Source: Desulfobacterales bacterium (lineage in GTDB: Bacteria > Desulfobacterota > Desulfobacteria > Desulfobacterales > YD0425bin51). From it: DNA of 64,000 nucleotides. A model generated the notes under the pieces. The model had not been told where the DNA came from, ran no database searches, and saw nothing but the letters and a program-made list of their open reading frames with translations. A program made the translations under genes and the position numbers. The stretch spans positions 39,589 to 103,588 of the forward strand of contig JADGCY010000009.1 in assembly GCA_015228685.1 (NCBI GenBank), given 5' to 3'. This document shows positions 20,437 to 30,772 of this stretch, one piece after another (the stretch's first letter is position 1; each line of letters begins with the position of its first letter).

Positions 20437-22278
20437 TTAAACCTCCTGTTTTCTTTTAGATGCTTCTTTTAGATGCCTTTGATGGCTAGAAAGTACACTT
20501 TTTCTTAGTCTTATTGATTTTGGTGTAACTTCTATCAGCTCATCATCTTTAATAAAGTTAATAGCGCGCTCTAAAGTCATTTGTTTTATAGTAGTTAAGA
20601 TAATATTTTCATCTTTTCCAGCAGCCCTCATATTACTTAATTTTTTTTCTTTGCATGGGTTTACATTAATATCATTATGCTTGCTGTGTTCGCCAATTAC
20701 CATTCCTTCATATACAAGATTACCGGGTACAATAAAAAGTTGACCTCTTGGCTCTAGATTAAATAAGGCATAAGCTACAGCATTTCCTGATCTGTCACTT
20801 ACAAGTGAACCAGTAAATCTGGTTAAAAAATCACCTCTATAAGGCTCATATCCAATAAAGTAAGAATTTATAATTCCTGTACCTTTTGTGTCAGTTAAAA
20901 GTTCTTCTCTGTAACCTATAAGCCCCCTGGAAGGTATACTAAATTCTATTCTTACCCTTCCTTTGCCGTCATTTGCAAGATTCAGCATCTTTCCTTTTCT
21001 AATGGAAAGTTTTTCAGTAACAATTCCCATAAATTCTTCATTACAATCAATAAAAAGATGTTCAATTGGTTCTAACTTTGTTTTATCCTCATATTTATAT
21101 ATAACCTCAGGTCTTCCAACGCACATTTCAAAGCCTTCTCTCCGCATGGTTTCAACCAAAATAGCCATTTGGAATTCCCCACGTCCTTTTACTGTAAAAC
21201 TTTCTTTATCATCTGTCATTTCAACTTGAATAGCAACATTTTTCAATGCTTCTTTTTGAAGTCTTTCAAAAATTCTACTAGACTGAACGTAGGCTCCTTC
21301 TCGACCAACTAAAGGGGAGTTGTTTCCAGAAAATTTCATGCTCACTGTAGGCTCGTCAACTCTAATTCTATTTAATGCTTTAGGCGAGCTTTTTGTACAG
21401 ATTGTATCACCTATTGTAACATTTTCAATACCTGATAAAACAACTATGTCTCCTGGTTCTACAAAATCTGCAGGAACGAATTTAGGTCCTTCGTAAACTT
21501 GAAGTCTTATAACTTTTAAAGGAATACTTTCTCCTTTTCCGTTTATACAGATTAGATTATCATTAGACATTGTTTTACCATTTATTATTCTCCCAATTGC
21601 CAGTCTTCCCATATAATCGGAATATCCTAAATCAGCAACCAGCATTTGAAAAGGCTCATCTATTTCATATTTAGGTCCTGGTATATATTCAAGTACTGTA
21701 TCAAAAAGAATTTCTAAATTTTTATTTTCATCTTCTAAATTTTTCTTGCAAACTCCATCTCTTCCAATTGAATAGAGTACAGGAAAATCTATTTGCTCCT
21801 CTGTTGCATCCAGATCAATAAAAAGGTCATAGATTTCATCTAATACCTGAGTGATTCTAGCATCTTTTCTATCAATTTTATTTATAACTACTATAACCTT
21901 TAATTTAGCCTCCAATGTTTTCTTTAAAACAAATCGAGTCTGGGGGAGAGGTCCTTCTGATGCATCAACTAAAAGAAGAGCACCGTCTGCCATAGCAAGA
22001 GCACGTTCTACTTCTCCTCCAAAATCAGCATGCCCTGGCGTATCTATTATATTAATCTTTACATTTTTCCAAAACACTGAACAATTTTTGGCAGCAATTG
22101 TGATTCCTCTTTCCCTCTCTAAATCAAGGTTATCCATTACTCTTCTGGCTATTTCCTGGCCATCTCTAAAAACTCCGCTTTGTTTAAACATAGCGTCAAC
22201 TAATGTTGTTTTTCCATGATCAACATGTGCAATAATAGCAATATTTCTTATTTTGTCATTTACAGCAATTCGCTTCAT
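20437..22278 (-). CDS. typA: Translational GTPase TypA/BipA
   Basis: 'IRNIAIIAHVDHGKTTL', 'DTPGHADF', EF-G-like domains. Length 613 aa. Confidence 0.92.
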   Translation of the reverse strand: MKRIAVNDKIRNIAIIAHVDHGKTTLVDAMFKQSGVFRDGQEIARRVMDNLDLERERGITIAAKNCSVFWKNVKINIIDTPGHADFGGEVERALAMADGALLLVDASEGPLPQTRFVLKKTLEAKLKVIVVINKIDRKDARITQVLDEIYDLFIDLDATEEQIDFPVLYSIGRDGVCKKNLEDENKNLEILFDTVLEYIPGPKYEIDEPFQMLVADLGYSDYMGRLAIGRIINGKTMSNDNLICINGKGESIPLKVIRLQVYEGPKFVPADFVEPGDIVVLSGIENVTIGDTICTKSSPKALNRIRVDEPTVSMKFSGNNSPLVGREGAYVQSSRIFERLQKEALKNVAIQVEMTDDKESFTVKGRGEFQMAILVETMRREGFEMCVGRPEVIYKYEDKTKLEPIEHLFIDCNEEFMGIVTEKLSIRKGKMLNLANDGKGRVRIEFSIPSRGLIGYREELLTDTKGTGIINSYFIGYEPYRGDFLTRFTGSLVSDRSGNAVAYALFNLEPRGQLFIVPGNLVYEGMVIGEHSKHNDINVNPCKEKKLSNMRAAGKDENIILTTIKQMTLERAINFIKDDELIEVTPKSIRLRKSVLSSHQRHLKEASKRKQEV

Positions 22279-22360
22279 TTCTATTTTTTTTAACTCCTTT
22301 CATTATTTTATGGTATTATATCATCTTTTTAAATAATAACAAACATTAGGAGGGGAAAAA

Positions 22361-22816
22361 ATGGGAGCATTCAGAGACGCTCTTTTAAGTGATGTTAATA
22401 GACAGAATCTGATTGCAAGTTGCGTTAATCTGATTGAAAGTGAAGTATCAGGGAAAAAAGGAGCATCAGGAATAATGATTAGAGCTGCTTATAAAGCATT
22501 TAAGTCAATAAAGCCTAAAATAGTTGAAAAAGGAGTTTTATATATTTTAGATGATTTTACTTATGTTCTTGAACAGCAGTATTCATTATATCTATACAAT
22601 GAGACATCAAATATTTCCGGCTTTGATGAATGGCTGATTCAAAGATCTATTTTTATTGCAGAAGATATGCTAAAGATAACAGACAATATTATAGAAAAAT
22701 CTAATAAGATAGTTTTAAAAAAGATATATGGGAAATTAAGAGATATAGCATCTCAAAATGTAGCTTTAGCTATGCCGAAAATTGCAGAAATTATTATGAA
22801 GTTTTTAAAAAAATAA
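22361..22816 (+). CDS. Hypothetical protein
   Basis: Length 151 aa. Strong RBS AGGAGGGG. No recognisable motif. Confidence 0.5.
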   Translation: MGAFRDALLSDVNRQNLIASCVNLIESEVSGKKGASGIMIRAAYKAFKSIKPKIVEKGVLYILDDFTYVLEQQYSLYLYNETSNISGFDEWLIQRSIFIAEDMLKITDNIIEKSNKIVLKKIYGKLRDIASQNVALAMPKIAEIIMKFLKK

Positions 22817-22876
22817 TAATGGATTTTATAATAAAACAATGGTAATTTACTCTTAAATTAGGAGGTATAACACCAG

Positions 22877-23839
22877 ATGGAACTTATAAATTTAGAAGAT
22901 GATTCTGTTGAAAAAAAAACATATGATTTATTAATTTTAGGCGGAGGTGCATCAGCAATGACAGCTGCTATTTATGCAGCTAGAAAGATGTTAAAGATTG
23001 CTTTGATGACCAAAGATATAGGTGGACAGATTACTTATACTTCAGAAATAGAGAACTATCCAGGGTTCCAAGCAATTACAGGAAATGAGCTTACAGATAA
23101 ATTTCAAGCCCAAGTTAAGGCTTTTGATATTCCCATATGGCTGGACAATATTTCTAAAGTCCGAAAAGAAGAGGATTTGTTTTATGTTGAAACAGAAAGT
23201 GAAACAGTTTTTAAGGGGAGAACTCTTATAGTTGCTACTGGAAAACGTTATAGATCACTTAATGTTCCTGGAGAAAAGGAATTTGTTGGAAGAGGAGTAG
23301 CTTATTGCAGCACATGTGATGCTCCTTTTTATAGAAATAGAAATGTTGTAGTTGCAGGAGGAGGAAATTCAGCCGTAACTGCTGCATTAGATTTGCTTAA
23401 AGTTGCAAAACATGTTTATTTAGTCAATTATTCCAAAGGGCTGCAAGCAGACCCAATTATGATATCTTCTCTAGAAAAATTTAAGGATAAATTAACGCTT
23501 TTGGATGAAAGTGCCATAACTAAAATTGAAGGTGATAAGTTTGTAACAGGTATTTATATAAAAGATAGAAAAGATAATAAAGAAAGAATAATTGAAGCAG
23601 AAGGAATTTTTATTGAAATTGGTTTGATACCAAATTCAGAAATAGTAAAAGATTTTGTTGAGCTTAATAAAAATAATGAAATTGTTGTTGATTATAAGTG
23701 TTCTACTAATATACTAGGGTTATTTGCAGCAGGTGATGTAACAACAGTTCCACACAAACAGATTATAATAGCTGCAGGAGAGGGAGCAAAAGCAGCACTG
23801 TCTGCTTATGAATATCTATCTAAACAGGGCTATGTCTAA
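22877..23839 (+). CDS. trxB: Thioredoxin-reductase-like FAD/NAD(P) disulfide oxidoreductase
   Basis: 'ILGGGASAMTAAIYAAR', redox 'CSTCD', second dinucleotide site 'VVAGGGNSA'. Confidence 0.8.
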   Translation: MELINLEDDSVEKKTYDLLILGGGASAMTAAIYAARKMLKIALMTKDIGGQITYTSEIENYPGFQAITGNELTDKFQAQVKAFDIPIWLDNISKVRKEEDLFYVETESETVFKGRTLIVATGKRYRSLNVPGEKEFVGRGVAYCSTCDAPFYRNRNVVVAGGGNSAVTAALDLLKVAKHVYLVNYSKGLQADPIMISSLEKFKDKLTLLDESAITKIEGDKFVTGIYIKDRKDNKERIIEAEGIFIEIGLIPNSEIVKDFVELNKNNEIVVDYKCSTNILGLFAAGDVTTVPHKQIIIAAGEGAKAALSAYEYLSKQGYV

Positions 23840-24359
23840 CAAATCATTTTTTTTATATATAATATTATTGTTTTCAACAAATTCATATGCTCATCTTGAT
23901 GATCATCTGATAAAAGCAGGTTTTTTAGAAAAATTTGCGCTTTTTACAGAATGGCCTCCTGAATCTAAATTTAAAGATTGCTCCAAACCTTTTATCATTT
24001 CAGTTTTAGGTCAAGATCCAATTATTAATGATCTGGAAAAAATATATAAACATTATAGAATTAATAATAAAGATGTTAAAATAAGGACTATTTCCAAGAT
24101 AAATGAAATAGAAGATTCTGATATTTTATATCTTACAGAATCCATTAAAGATAATATTCCTGAAATTATCAAATATACAGAAAATTTGCCCATAATAACT
24201 GTTTGTGATACAGAAAATTGTGCAGAAATTGGTTGTCATATTGGTTTTTATATTACAGATAAAGGAACAGTTCATTTTAAGATTAACGTATCTAAAATGA
24301 AGCAAGCTGGACTAAAAATGAATGTTTTAGTCTTAGACATAGCAAAAATTATTAAATGA
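23832..24359 (+). CDS. DUF4154 / YfiR-family periplasmic regulator
   Basis: Signal peptide, 'KAGFLEKFALFTEWP' matches the DUF4154 signature. Precedes a hybrid HK. Confidence 0.6.
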   Translation: MSNKSFFLYIILLFSTNSYAHLDDHLIKAGFLEKFALFTEWPPESKFKDCSKPFIISVLGQDPIINDLEKIYKHYRINNKDVKIRTISKINEIEDSDILYLTESIKDNIPEIIKYTENLPIITVCDTENCAEIGCHIGFYITDKGTVHFKINVSKMKQAGLKMNVLVLDIAKIIK

Positions 24360-26677
24360 GAATAAGGCAATTAAAAATGTTTTCAAAGAAAAGCTCGATT
24401 CGAAAAAAACTAATTAATATTATTATTCTATCTTGTGCTTTTGTTATTGTATTTGGAATATCCATAATTACAATAGGTTATATTAGATATATAAAACAAG
24501 ATATAATAAATCGAACTATAATGGAAACAAAACTTATTGGCGAATACTGTGTTACCCCCCTTAGTTTTGATTATCCTGAGAGAGCAAAAGAGGTTTTGGA
24601 AAAATTAAGATTCTGGCCAGATATTATAGCAGGAATAGTTTTTGATAATAAAGGCAAAATATTTGCTGAATATAAAATCGATGGCGCAAATACAAAGATT
24701 TTAATTGATCGCAATAATAAAAATATTGGGACATATCATCTGTTTGAAGATGATAAATTACATGTTTGCTCAAATATTTTTTATAAAAACATGCAATATG
24801 GCTCTATTTATATTATCCTCAATACAAAGATTACAGAAAAGATAGATAAATTTCTTGTTCTTATATCTTTACTTATGTTTTTTTTATTGATTTTAGCATA
24901 CCTTGTTGCAAATAATATGCAGAAATTTATATCAAAGCCTATTTTAAAGCTAACAAATATTGCAGAAGAAATTTATAAAAAGACTAAAGGTGATGTGGAA
25001 ATTTCTTATGATGATAATGATGAGATTAGTAAATTAAACATGGCATTTAATTTAATGGTAGCATCTTTAGAAACAAGAGAAATAGAGATTAACATGATTA
25101 TTGAGACTGCTAATGCCCCTATATTTGCTATAGATAGAGATGGTACAATAGTTAAATGGAATAAAAAAGCTGAAGATATAACTGGTTACAGTAAAGATGA
25201 AGTAATTGGAAAGAAATCTACTATGGATATCATAGAACCAGATTCCTACTTGCTATACAATAATATTGTAGATAAAGCTTTCTCAGGGAATAGCGATTCA
25301 AATATTGAAATTTTCTTTATTACAAAAAGTAGAAATAAAATAGACATACTCTTAAACATTTCTCCCAGAAAGGATATAGAAGGTAATATTATTGGAGCAA
25401 TAATCATGGGTCAAGATATTACAGATAGGAGACGCTTTCAGGAAGAATTAGAGCATGAAAGAGAATCTTTAGCCCAGCGCGTTCAAGATCGAACTAATAA
25501 GCTTATGACAGCAAATGCTGAATTATCAAGGGCAGCAAGGCTTAAAGATGAATTTTTAGCAAATATGAGTCATGAATTACGTACTCCTCTTAGTTCAATT
25601 TTGGGAATGACTGAAGTGCTAAATGAACAAATATATGGTCAATTGAATGAAAAACAATTATCGTTTTTAAAAACTATTGAAGATAGCGGCCGTCATTTGT
25701 TAAGTTTAATAAATGATATTTTGGATATTTCAAAAATTGAAGCAGGTAAATTAAAGGTTCAGATCTCGCCTGTATTTATACCATCAATATGTGAGATCAG
25801 TTTAAGATTTATAAAACAAATAGCCGCCAAGAAACGGATCAAAGTGCAATCAAAATTAATGAATATTGAAAAGACTATTGGTGCTGATGAAATTAGACTA
25901 AAGCAAATTTTAGTAAATCTCTTATCCAATGCAGTTAAGTTTACCCAAGAAGGCGGAAATGTTGGCTTAGAAGTTTATGAGGATAATGAGAATTCTGTTA
26001 CCCAATTTACAGTTTGGGATACAGGAATCGGAATTGCAAAGGAAGATATAAGTAAACTATTTCAGCCTTTTATTCAATTAGATACAAGCCTTTCAAGAAA
26101 ATATGAAGGGGCAGGACTAGGGCTTGCTTTAGTATCTCGTTTAGCTAAAATTCAAGGCGGTGATGTAAAAGTAGAAAGCACATTAGGACAAGGAAGCAAA
26201 TTTACGGTTTCAATACCATGGAATAATTTAGATGACAATAAAAACAATAACCCAAAAGAGATAATAGATGAAGATACAGATGACCCCCTATTTTCAAATA
26301 AAGAAACAGGTATTTTGATTTTAATTGTTGATGATGTTAAAGAAAATCTTAATACATTTTCATATTACTTAAAAGCAAAAGGATATAGCATTATTACTGC
26401 ACAAAGCGGTACTGGAGGGATTAAAATGGCTATTTCAGAACATCCTGATTTGATTTTAATGGATATCCAGATGCCGGAAATGGATGGTCTAGAAGCAATT
26501 AGCCGTATTCGTTCTTATAATGAATTAAAATCTATTCCAATTATTGCAATCACTGCTTTGGCAATGCCGGGTGATGACAAAAGATGCTTAGATGCTGGAG
26601 CTAATATGTACATAAGTAAACCAGTTAAGTTAAAACAGCTTGTTATAAAAATTTCTGAACTTTTAAATAGGGCTTGA
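24356..26677 (+). CDS. Hybrid sensor histidine kinase (TM sensor-HAMP-PAS-HisKA-HATPase-REC)
   Basis: H-box 'MSHELRTPLSSI', 'GAGLGLALV', C-terminal receiver 'LILMDIQMPEMDG'. Confidence 0.85.
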   Translation: MRIRQLKMFSKKSSIRKKLINIIILSCAFVIVFGISIITIGYIRYIKQDIINRTIMETKLIGEYCVTPLSFDYPERAKEVLEKLRFWPDIIAGIVFDNKGKIFAEYKIDGANTKILIDRNNKNIGTYHLFEDDKLHVCSNIFYKNMQYGSIYIILNTKITEKIDKFLVLISLLMFFLLILAYLVANNMQKFISKPILKLTNIAEEIYKKTKGDVEISYDDNDEISKLNMAFNLMVASLETREIEINMIIETANAPIFAIDRDGTIVKWNKKAEDITGYSKDEVIGKKSTMDIIEPDSYLLYNNIVDKAFSGNSDSNIEIFFITKSRNKIDILLNISPRKDIEGNIIGAIIMGQDITDRRRFQEELEHERESLAQRVQDRTNKLMTANAELSRAARLKDEFLANMSHELRTPLSSILGMTEVLNEQIYGQLNEKQLSFLKTIEDSGRHLLSLINDILDISKIEAGKLKVQISPVFIPSICEISLRFIKQIAAKKRIKVQSKLMNIEKTIGADEIRLKQILVNLLSNAVKFTQEGGNVGLEVYEDNENSVTQFTVWDTGIGIAKEDISKLFQPFIQLDTSLSRKYEGAGLGLALVSRLAKIQGGDVKVESTLGQGSKFTVSIPWNNLDDNKNNNPKEIIDEDTDDPLFSNKETGILILIVDDVKENLNTFSYYLKAKGYSIITAQSGTGGIKMAISEHPDLILMDIQMPEMDGLEAISRIRSYNELKSIPIIAITALAMPGDDKRCLDAGANMYISKPVKLKQLVIKISELLNRA

Positions 26678-26686
26678 TCATAAGTC

Positions 26687-28810
26687 ATGAAAACATTCAT
26701 TATTTTATTTACAATCTTATTTTTTAATTATCTTTATGCAGGAGAACCCAATATACTAAAACCTGAAGATATATTTAAGATGTCCCTTAAAGAAATGCTT
26801 GAAGTTAAAGTTACAACTGCATCCAAAAAAGAGGAGAAAATTTCAGATATACCAGCAAGCGTTATTATCATAAACCGTAATAAAATAGAACAATATGGTT
26901 ATATGTCTTTACAAGAAATATTAGCAAATGTTCCTGGAATGTATAAAATATATGATATGGCATATGGAGCAAGTTTTGGAGTTCGCGGATTCTGGACTGG
27001 TTATCCCCGTAATCTTATATTTTTAGTTAATGGCGTAACCCAAATTGATCCTTTTTTTAACTATCATATTCTTTCTAATTTCAATATACCTGTAGAAGCA
27101 ATTGACAGAATTGAAATAATAAGAGGACCAATGTCTGTTATGTATGGCCAGGGAGGATTTTTTGGAGCTGTAAATATAATAACAAATGATACATATAATA
27201 ATAAAAATATTATTTCAGGCTCTACTGATGTTATAACAACTAAAAAAACTGCAATAAGATATGCTGGAAAAGATAAAAATATAAAATTTGCCATAAATGC
27301 TGGTTACTCTGACTTTAAGCCTCCATCTAAAGATTATTATAAAATGGTTTCTAATCCTTCAATTCTTTCCAGCTATGGTGTTAATGAAAATAATAACTCG
27401 ACTGAAGGAAGACTTGACAGCGAATCAAAATATTTCAATGTTTCAACATCTTACAACCAATTTTATACAAATATGAGCTTTAACACAAGCAGTTGCAAAG
27501 CCTATGTAATTATGCCTTCAACCTCAACTGGTGCTCCATATGCAAGAGAAATGGCAAAGATTATGCTTGGTTACAAAACACCATTAAATGATATTATTTC
27601 CATTGATGGAAAAATTACATATCATAATTTTTCATTTGCAGTTGATTATGATCTGCACCCCATATCTTTTAAAGGATTATCAAGCGGAGGTACACGGGGA
27701 AAAGCAGAAATGTATGAAGTTGAAATTGATACATATTTTGTTTTTAATTCCAACTTAGATTTAACTATTGGTTTATATTATCAAAATACCCCTAAAACCA
27801 ATTATGATGTAGATCTTCATGTTTTTAATAAATATCTTAAACAGGATGCTGATGATATAGAAAATTTAGCTGGATTTAGCCAGATAAATTATAAATTTAA
27901 TGACAATTTTAAATTTGTAGGAGGTTTAAGGTTAGAGAGAAGTTTTGATTATACTATAAGGAGTATTGATAATTCTGGGAAGCCAGATTATTCAATAACC
28001 CAAAGGAAATATAATGACAATAATCTTGATATTATACCAAGACTTGCTGCAATATATTCAATAAATGAAAGTAATGTATTAAAATTTATGTATGGAGAAG
28101 CTATAAACAGCCCTTCATTTTTTCAAAATGCTGACCAGCTTAAAGAAAAAAAAGAGGGTCTTAAATATGAACAAATTAAGACTTTTGAACTAAATTATCT
28201 TATGACTCATTATAAAAATTTACACATAAATGCTTCATATTTTCATAATGTACTTGATAATTTGATTGTAAGAAACATATCAGTTGACGCTAATAATAAT
28301 ATTTACGCTTATAGCAATAATGGTGGTGAAATTGTAACTGATGGATTTGAGTTATCAATATTTTCAAATCCTTTTAATGATTTTAATTTAGAATTAAGCG
28401 GAACATATCAAAACAGCAAAGATAAAAGAAATGGATTTGGAGATATTTATCCTTCATATTCACCTCATTTATTAGGTTTTGTAAAAGCAAGTTATAATTT
28501 TTATCCTTATATTTTTTCAATAACAGGTAATTATATTGATAAAATGGAAACATACTGGGATGTATCTAAAAAAAATCCAGATGGAACATATGGCAACAGA
28601 ATTGGTGAAACAGTAAATGGTTATTTTGTTTTGGGTGCAAATTTTAGAATTGATGACCTATTTTCTAAAGGTTATTATTTAAATCTTAGATGTTCAAATA
28701 TTTTAAATAAAGAATATTTATATCCAGCTTATGTTAATAATACATGGGCAGATAAAGGATTAGTTGGAGAACCTATATCGTTTTTACTAACTTTTGGTCG
28801 AAAGTTTTAA
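26687..28810 (+). CDS. TonB-dependent outer-membrane receptor
   Basis: Plug domain 'DRIEIIRGPMSVMYGQGGFFGAVNIIT', beta-barrel, C-terminal 'F'. Confidence 0.8.
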   Translation: MKTFIILFTILFFNYLYAGEPNILKPEDIFKMSLKEMLEVKVTTASKKEEKISDIPASVIIINRNKIEQYGYMSLQEILANVPGMYKIYDMAYGASFGVRGFWTGYPRNLIFLVNGVTQIDPFFNYHILSNFNIPVEAIDRIEIIRGPMSVMYGQGGFFGAVNIITNDTYNNKNIISGSTDVITTKKTAIRYAGKDKNIKFAINAGYSDFKPPSKDYYKMVSNPSILSSYGVNENNNSTEGRLDSESKYFNVSTSYNQFYTNMSFNTSSCKAYVIMPSTSTGAPYAREMAKIMLGYKTPLNDIISIDGKITYHNFSFAVDYDLHPISFKGLSSGGTRGKAEMYEVEIDTYFVFNSNLDLTIGLYYQNTPKTNYDVDLHVFNKYLKQDADDIENLAGFSQINYKFNDNFKFVGGLRLERSFDYTIRSIDNSGKPDYSITQRKYNDNNLDIIPRLAAIYSINESNVLKFMYGEAINSPSFFQNADQLKEKKEGLKYEQIKTFELNYLMTHYKNLHINASYFHNVLDNLIVRNISVDANNNIYAYSNNGGEIVTDGFELSIFSNPFNDFNLELSGTYQNSKDKRNGFGDIYPSYSPHLLGFVKASYNFYPYIFSITGNYIDKMETYWDVSKKNPDGTYGNRIGETVNGYFVLGANFRIDDLFSKGYYLNLRCSNILNKEYLYPAYVNNTWADKGLVGEPISFLLTFGRKF

Positions 28811-28837
28811 ATTATACAACAAAAATGGAGGGAATTT

Positions 28838-29803
28838 ATGAAGACATTGGAAGGGTACACAAAATCACATGACGGAACAGAAATATATTATAAATCAGAG
28901 GGTGAAGGATTTCCTTTAATCGTATGTAATGGAATTCTTTGTTCCACTGGTTACTGGGTTTACTTAACACCTTTTTTTAAGGATAGATGTCAAGTCGTAA
29001 CATGGGATTATAGAGGACATGGTAAATCAGGACTCCCTGCTAAGGAAAAAAATCATACAATGAATGATTTTGCCGCTGATTTGCTTGCTGTCATGAATGA
29101 ACTAAAAATTTCCAAAGCTGTCTTTGCAGGTCATAGCATGGGAGTCCAACTTATACTGGAATTTTATAAGCAGCATCCAGAAAAAGTAATGGGTTTGATA
29201 CCAATACTGGGAACTTACGGAAGACCTTTTACCAGTTTTTATGGACAAGCATGGGTGGATAAAATTATGCCTGTATTCCTTAAACAAGCTGAAAGATTTT
29301 CTGGCATAATTTCTTTTGTAGCAAGACCATTGATTAATTCTCCTCTTTCTGTTCCTTCAGCTCGGCTAAGTGGTGCTATTAACTGGTATTTGGCGCCTGG
29401 CGATGTAATGCAGAAATATTTTGCTCAAATTGCAGATATGGATTTGGGATTTGCATTCAGAGCTCTTCGAGCTATGGGAAACCATACTGCAGAAGATATA
29501 TTAGATAAAATCAAAGTGCCTACTTTAATTATTGCAGGAGAAAATGACCCATTTACACCTGCTGAACAATCTGAAAAAATGCACCGGAAAATTAAAAATT
29601 CTGAACTTCTTATGATTCGTAAAGGAACACATACAGCTTTAATTGAACAGCCAGATTTGATGCACTTGAGAATAGAATTATTTTTAAGACATCATTTTCA
29701 GGATCAAGGATATCGTCCTCTAGTTGAAAATATTGATGCACATCTTTTCCAGAAAAAATCAGAGGATGGTATTATTTCTAAAGCATTAAAATTATTATTT
29801 TAA
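28838..29803 (+). CDS. Alpha/beta-fold hydrolase
   Basis: Nucleophile elbow 'GHSMGV'. Late 'GENDPF' and 'GTHTA' for the acid and His. Confidence 0.7.
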   Translation: MKTLEGYTKSHDGTEIYYKSEGEGFPLIVCNGILCSTGYWVYLTPFFKDRCQVVTWDYRGHGKSGLPAKEKNHTMNDFAADLLAVMNELKISKAVFAGHSMGVQLILEFYKQHPEKVMGLIPILGTYGRPFTSFYGQAWVDKIMPVFLKQAERFSGIISFVARPLINSPLSVPSARLSGAINWYLAPGDVMQKYFAQIADMDLGFAFRALRAMGNHTAEDILDKIKVPTLIIAGENDPFTPAEQSEKMHRKIKNSELLMIRKGTHTALIEQPDLMHLRIELFLRHHFQDQGYRPLVENIDAHLFQKKSEDGIISKALKLLF

Positions 29804-29815
29804 GGAATAAATAAC

Positions 29816-30655
29816 ATGAAAAAATTAACTTTATTTTTAAGCCTATTGATATCTTTATGTTTAATAACAGATGCAAATGCTAAAAAAGATGTTAAAAAAA
29901 AAGAACCTGCTGAAGTAAAAAAATCTACCAGCTCTAAAAAGACATATAAAGACCCTTTAACTGGAGCAGAGTTTGCCTATATTTCAGCCGGCAGTTTTAC
30001 AATGGGAAGCCCAAGTAATGAACCCCAGAGATTTGATAATGAAAAGCAGCATAAAGTAACCATAAACAAAGGATTTTATATTCAGACAACTGAAGTAACA
30101 CAAGAACAGTGGAAAAAGATAATGGGAAATAACCCAGCTTACTTCAGTAAGTGCGGAGAAAATTGCCCTGTGGAACAAGTGTCATGGAACGATGCCAATG
30201 AATTTATAAAAAAGCTTAATACCCAAGAAGGTAAAAATAACTATAGGCTCCCTACTGAAGCAGAATGGGAATATTCTTGCAGAGCAGAAAAAATCACTCC
30301 ATATTCATTTGGGGCATGTTTATCTACTGATGATGCAAATTATGATGGAAATAACCCTCTCTCTGGCTGTGATAAAGGGAAATATCGTGAAAAAACAACT
30401 CCTGCAGGCAGTTTAAAGGCAAATGGATGGGGGCTTTTTGATATGCATGGGAACGTATGGGAATGGTGTCAGGATATATTTGGAGATTATACAGAAGAAC
30501 CAGCTAAAGAATCCCCAAAAGTAACAAACAGAGTTTTAAGAGGCGGCAGCTACAGTATAAATGGCTGGTTCTGCAGATCAGCATTCAGGTTTAGTTCTTC
30601 TCCAGACGCTCGCAGCAATGATATAGGTTTCCGCCTGGTCAGAATCGCTGATTAA
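29816..30655 (+). CDS. Formylglycine-generating-enzyme (SUMF1/FGE) family lipoprotein
   Basis: 'RLPTEAEWEY', 'DMHGNVWEWCQD', 'RGGSY' FGE-sulfatase domain signatures. Confidence 0.8.
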   Translation: MKKLTLFLSLLISLCLITDANAKKDVKKKEPAEVKKSTSSKKTYKDPLTGAEFAYISAGSFTMGSPSNEPQRFDNEKQHKVTINKGFYIQTTEVTQEQWKKIMGNNPAYFSKCGENCPVEQVSWNDANEFIKKLNTQEGKNNYRLPTEAEWEYSCRAEKITPYSFGACLSTDDANYDGNNPLSGCDKGKYREKTTPAGSLKANGWGLFDMHGNVWEWCQDIFGDYTEEPAKESPKVTNRVLRGGSYSINGWFCRSAFRFSSSPDARSNDIGFRLVRIAD

Positions 30656-30710
30656 CAGGGATTACACGGATTCCGCTGATTTAAAAGTGCCTAAGTACTT
30701 CGTTGATTAT

Positions 30711-30746
30711 CTCGTTCCCACGCTCTGCGTTGGAACGAGATTTTAA
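30711..30746. terminator. GC-rich hairpin between convergent genes (probable bidirectional terminator)
   Basis: CTCGTTCC(30711-18)/GGAACGAG(30732-39) 8-bp stem, 13-nt loop, followed by ATTTTAAT. Confidence 0.4.
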
Positions 30747-30772
30747 TCCGATGCATCTGCCTAATCCTCGAT

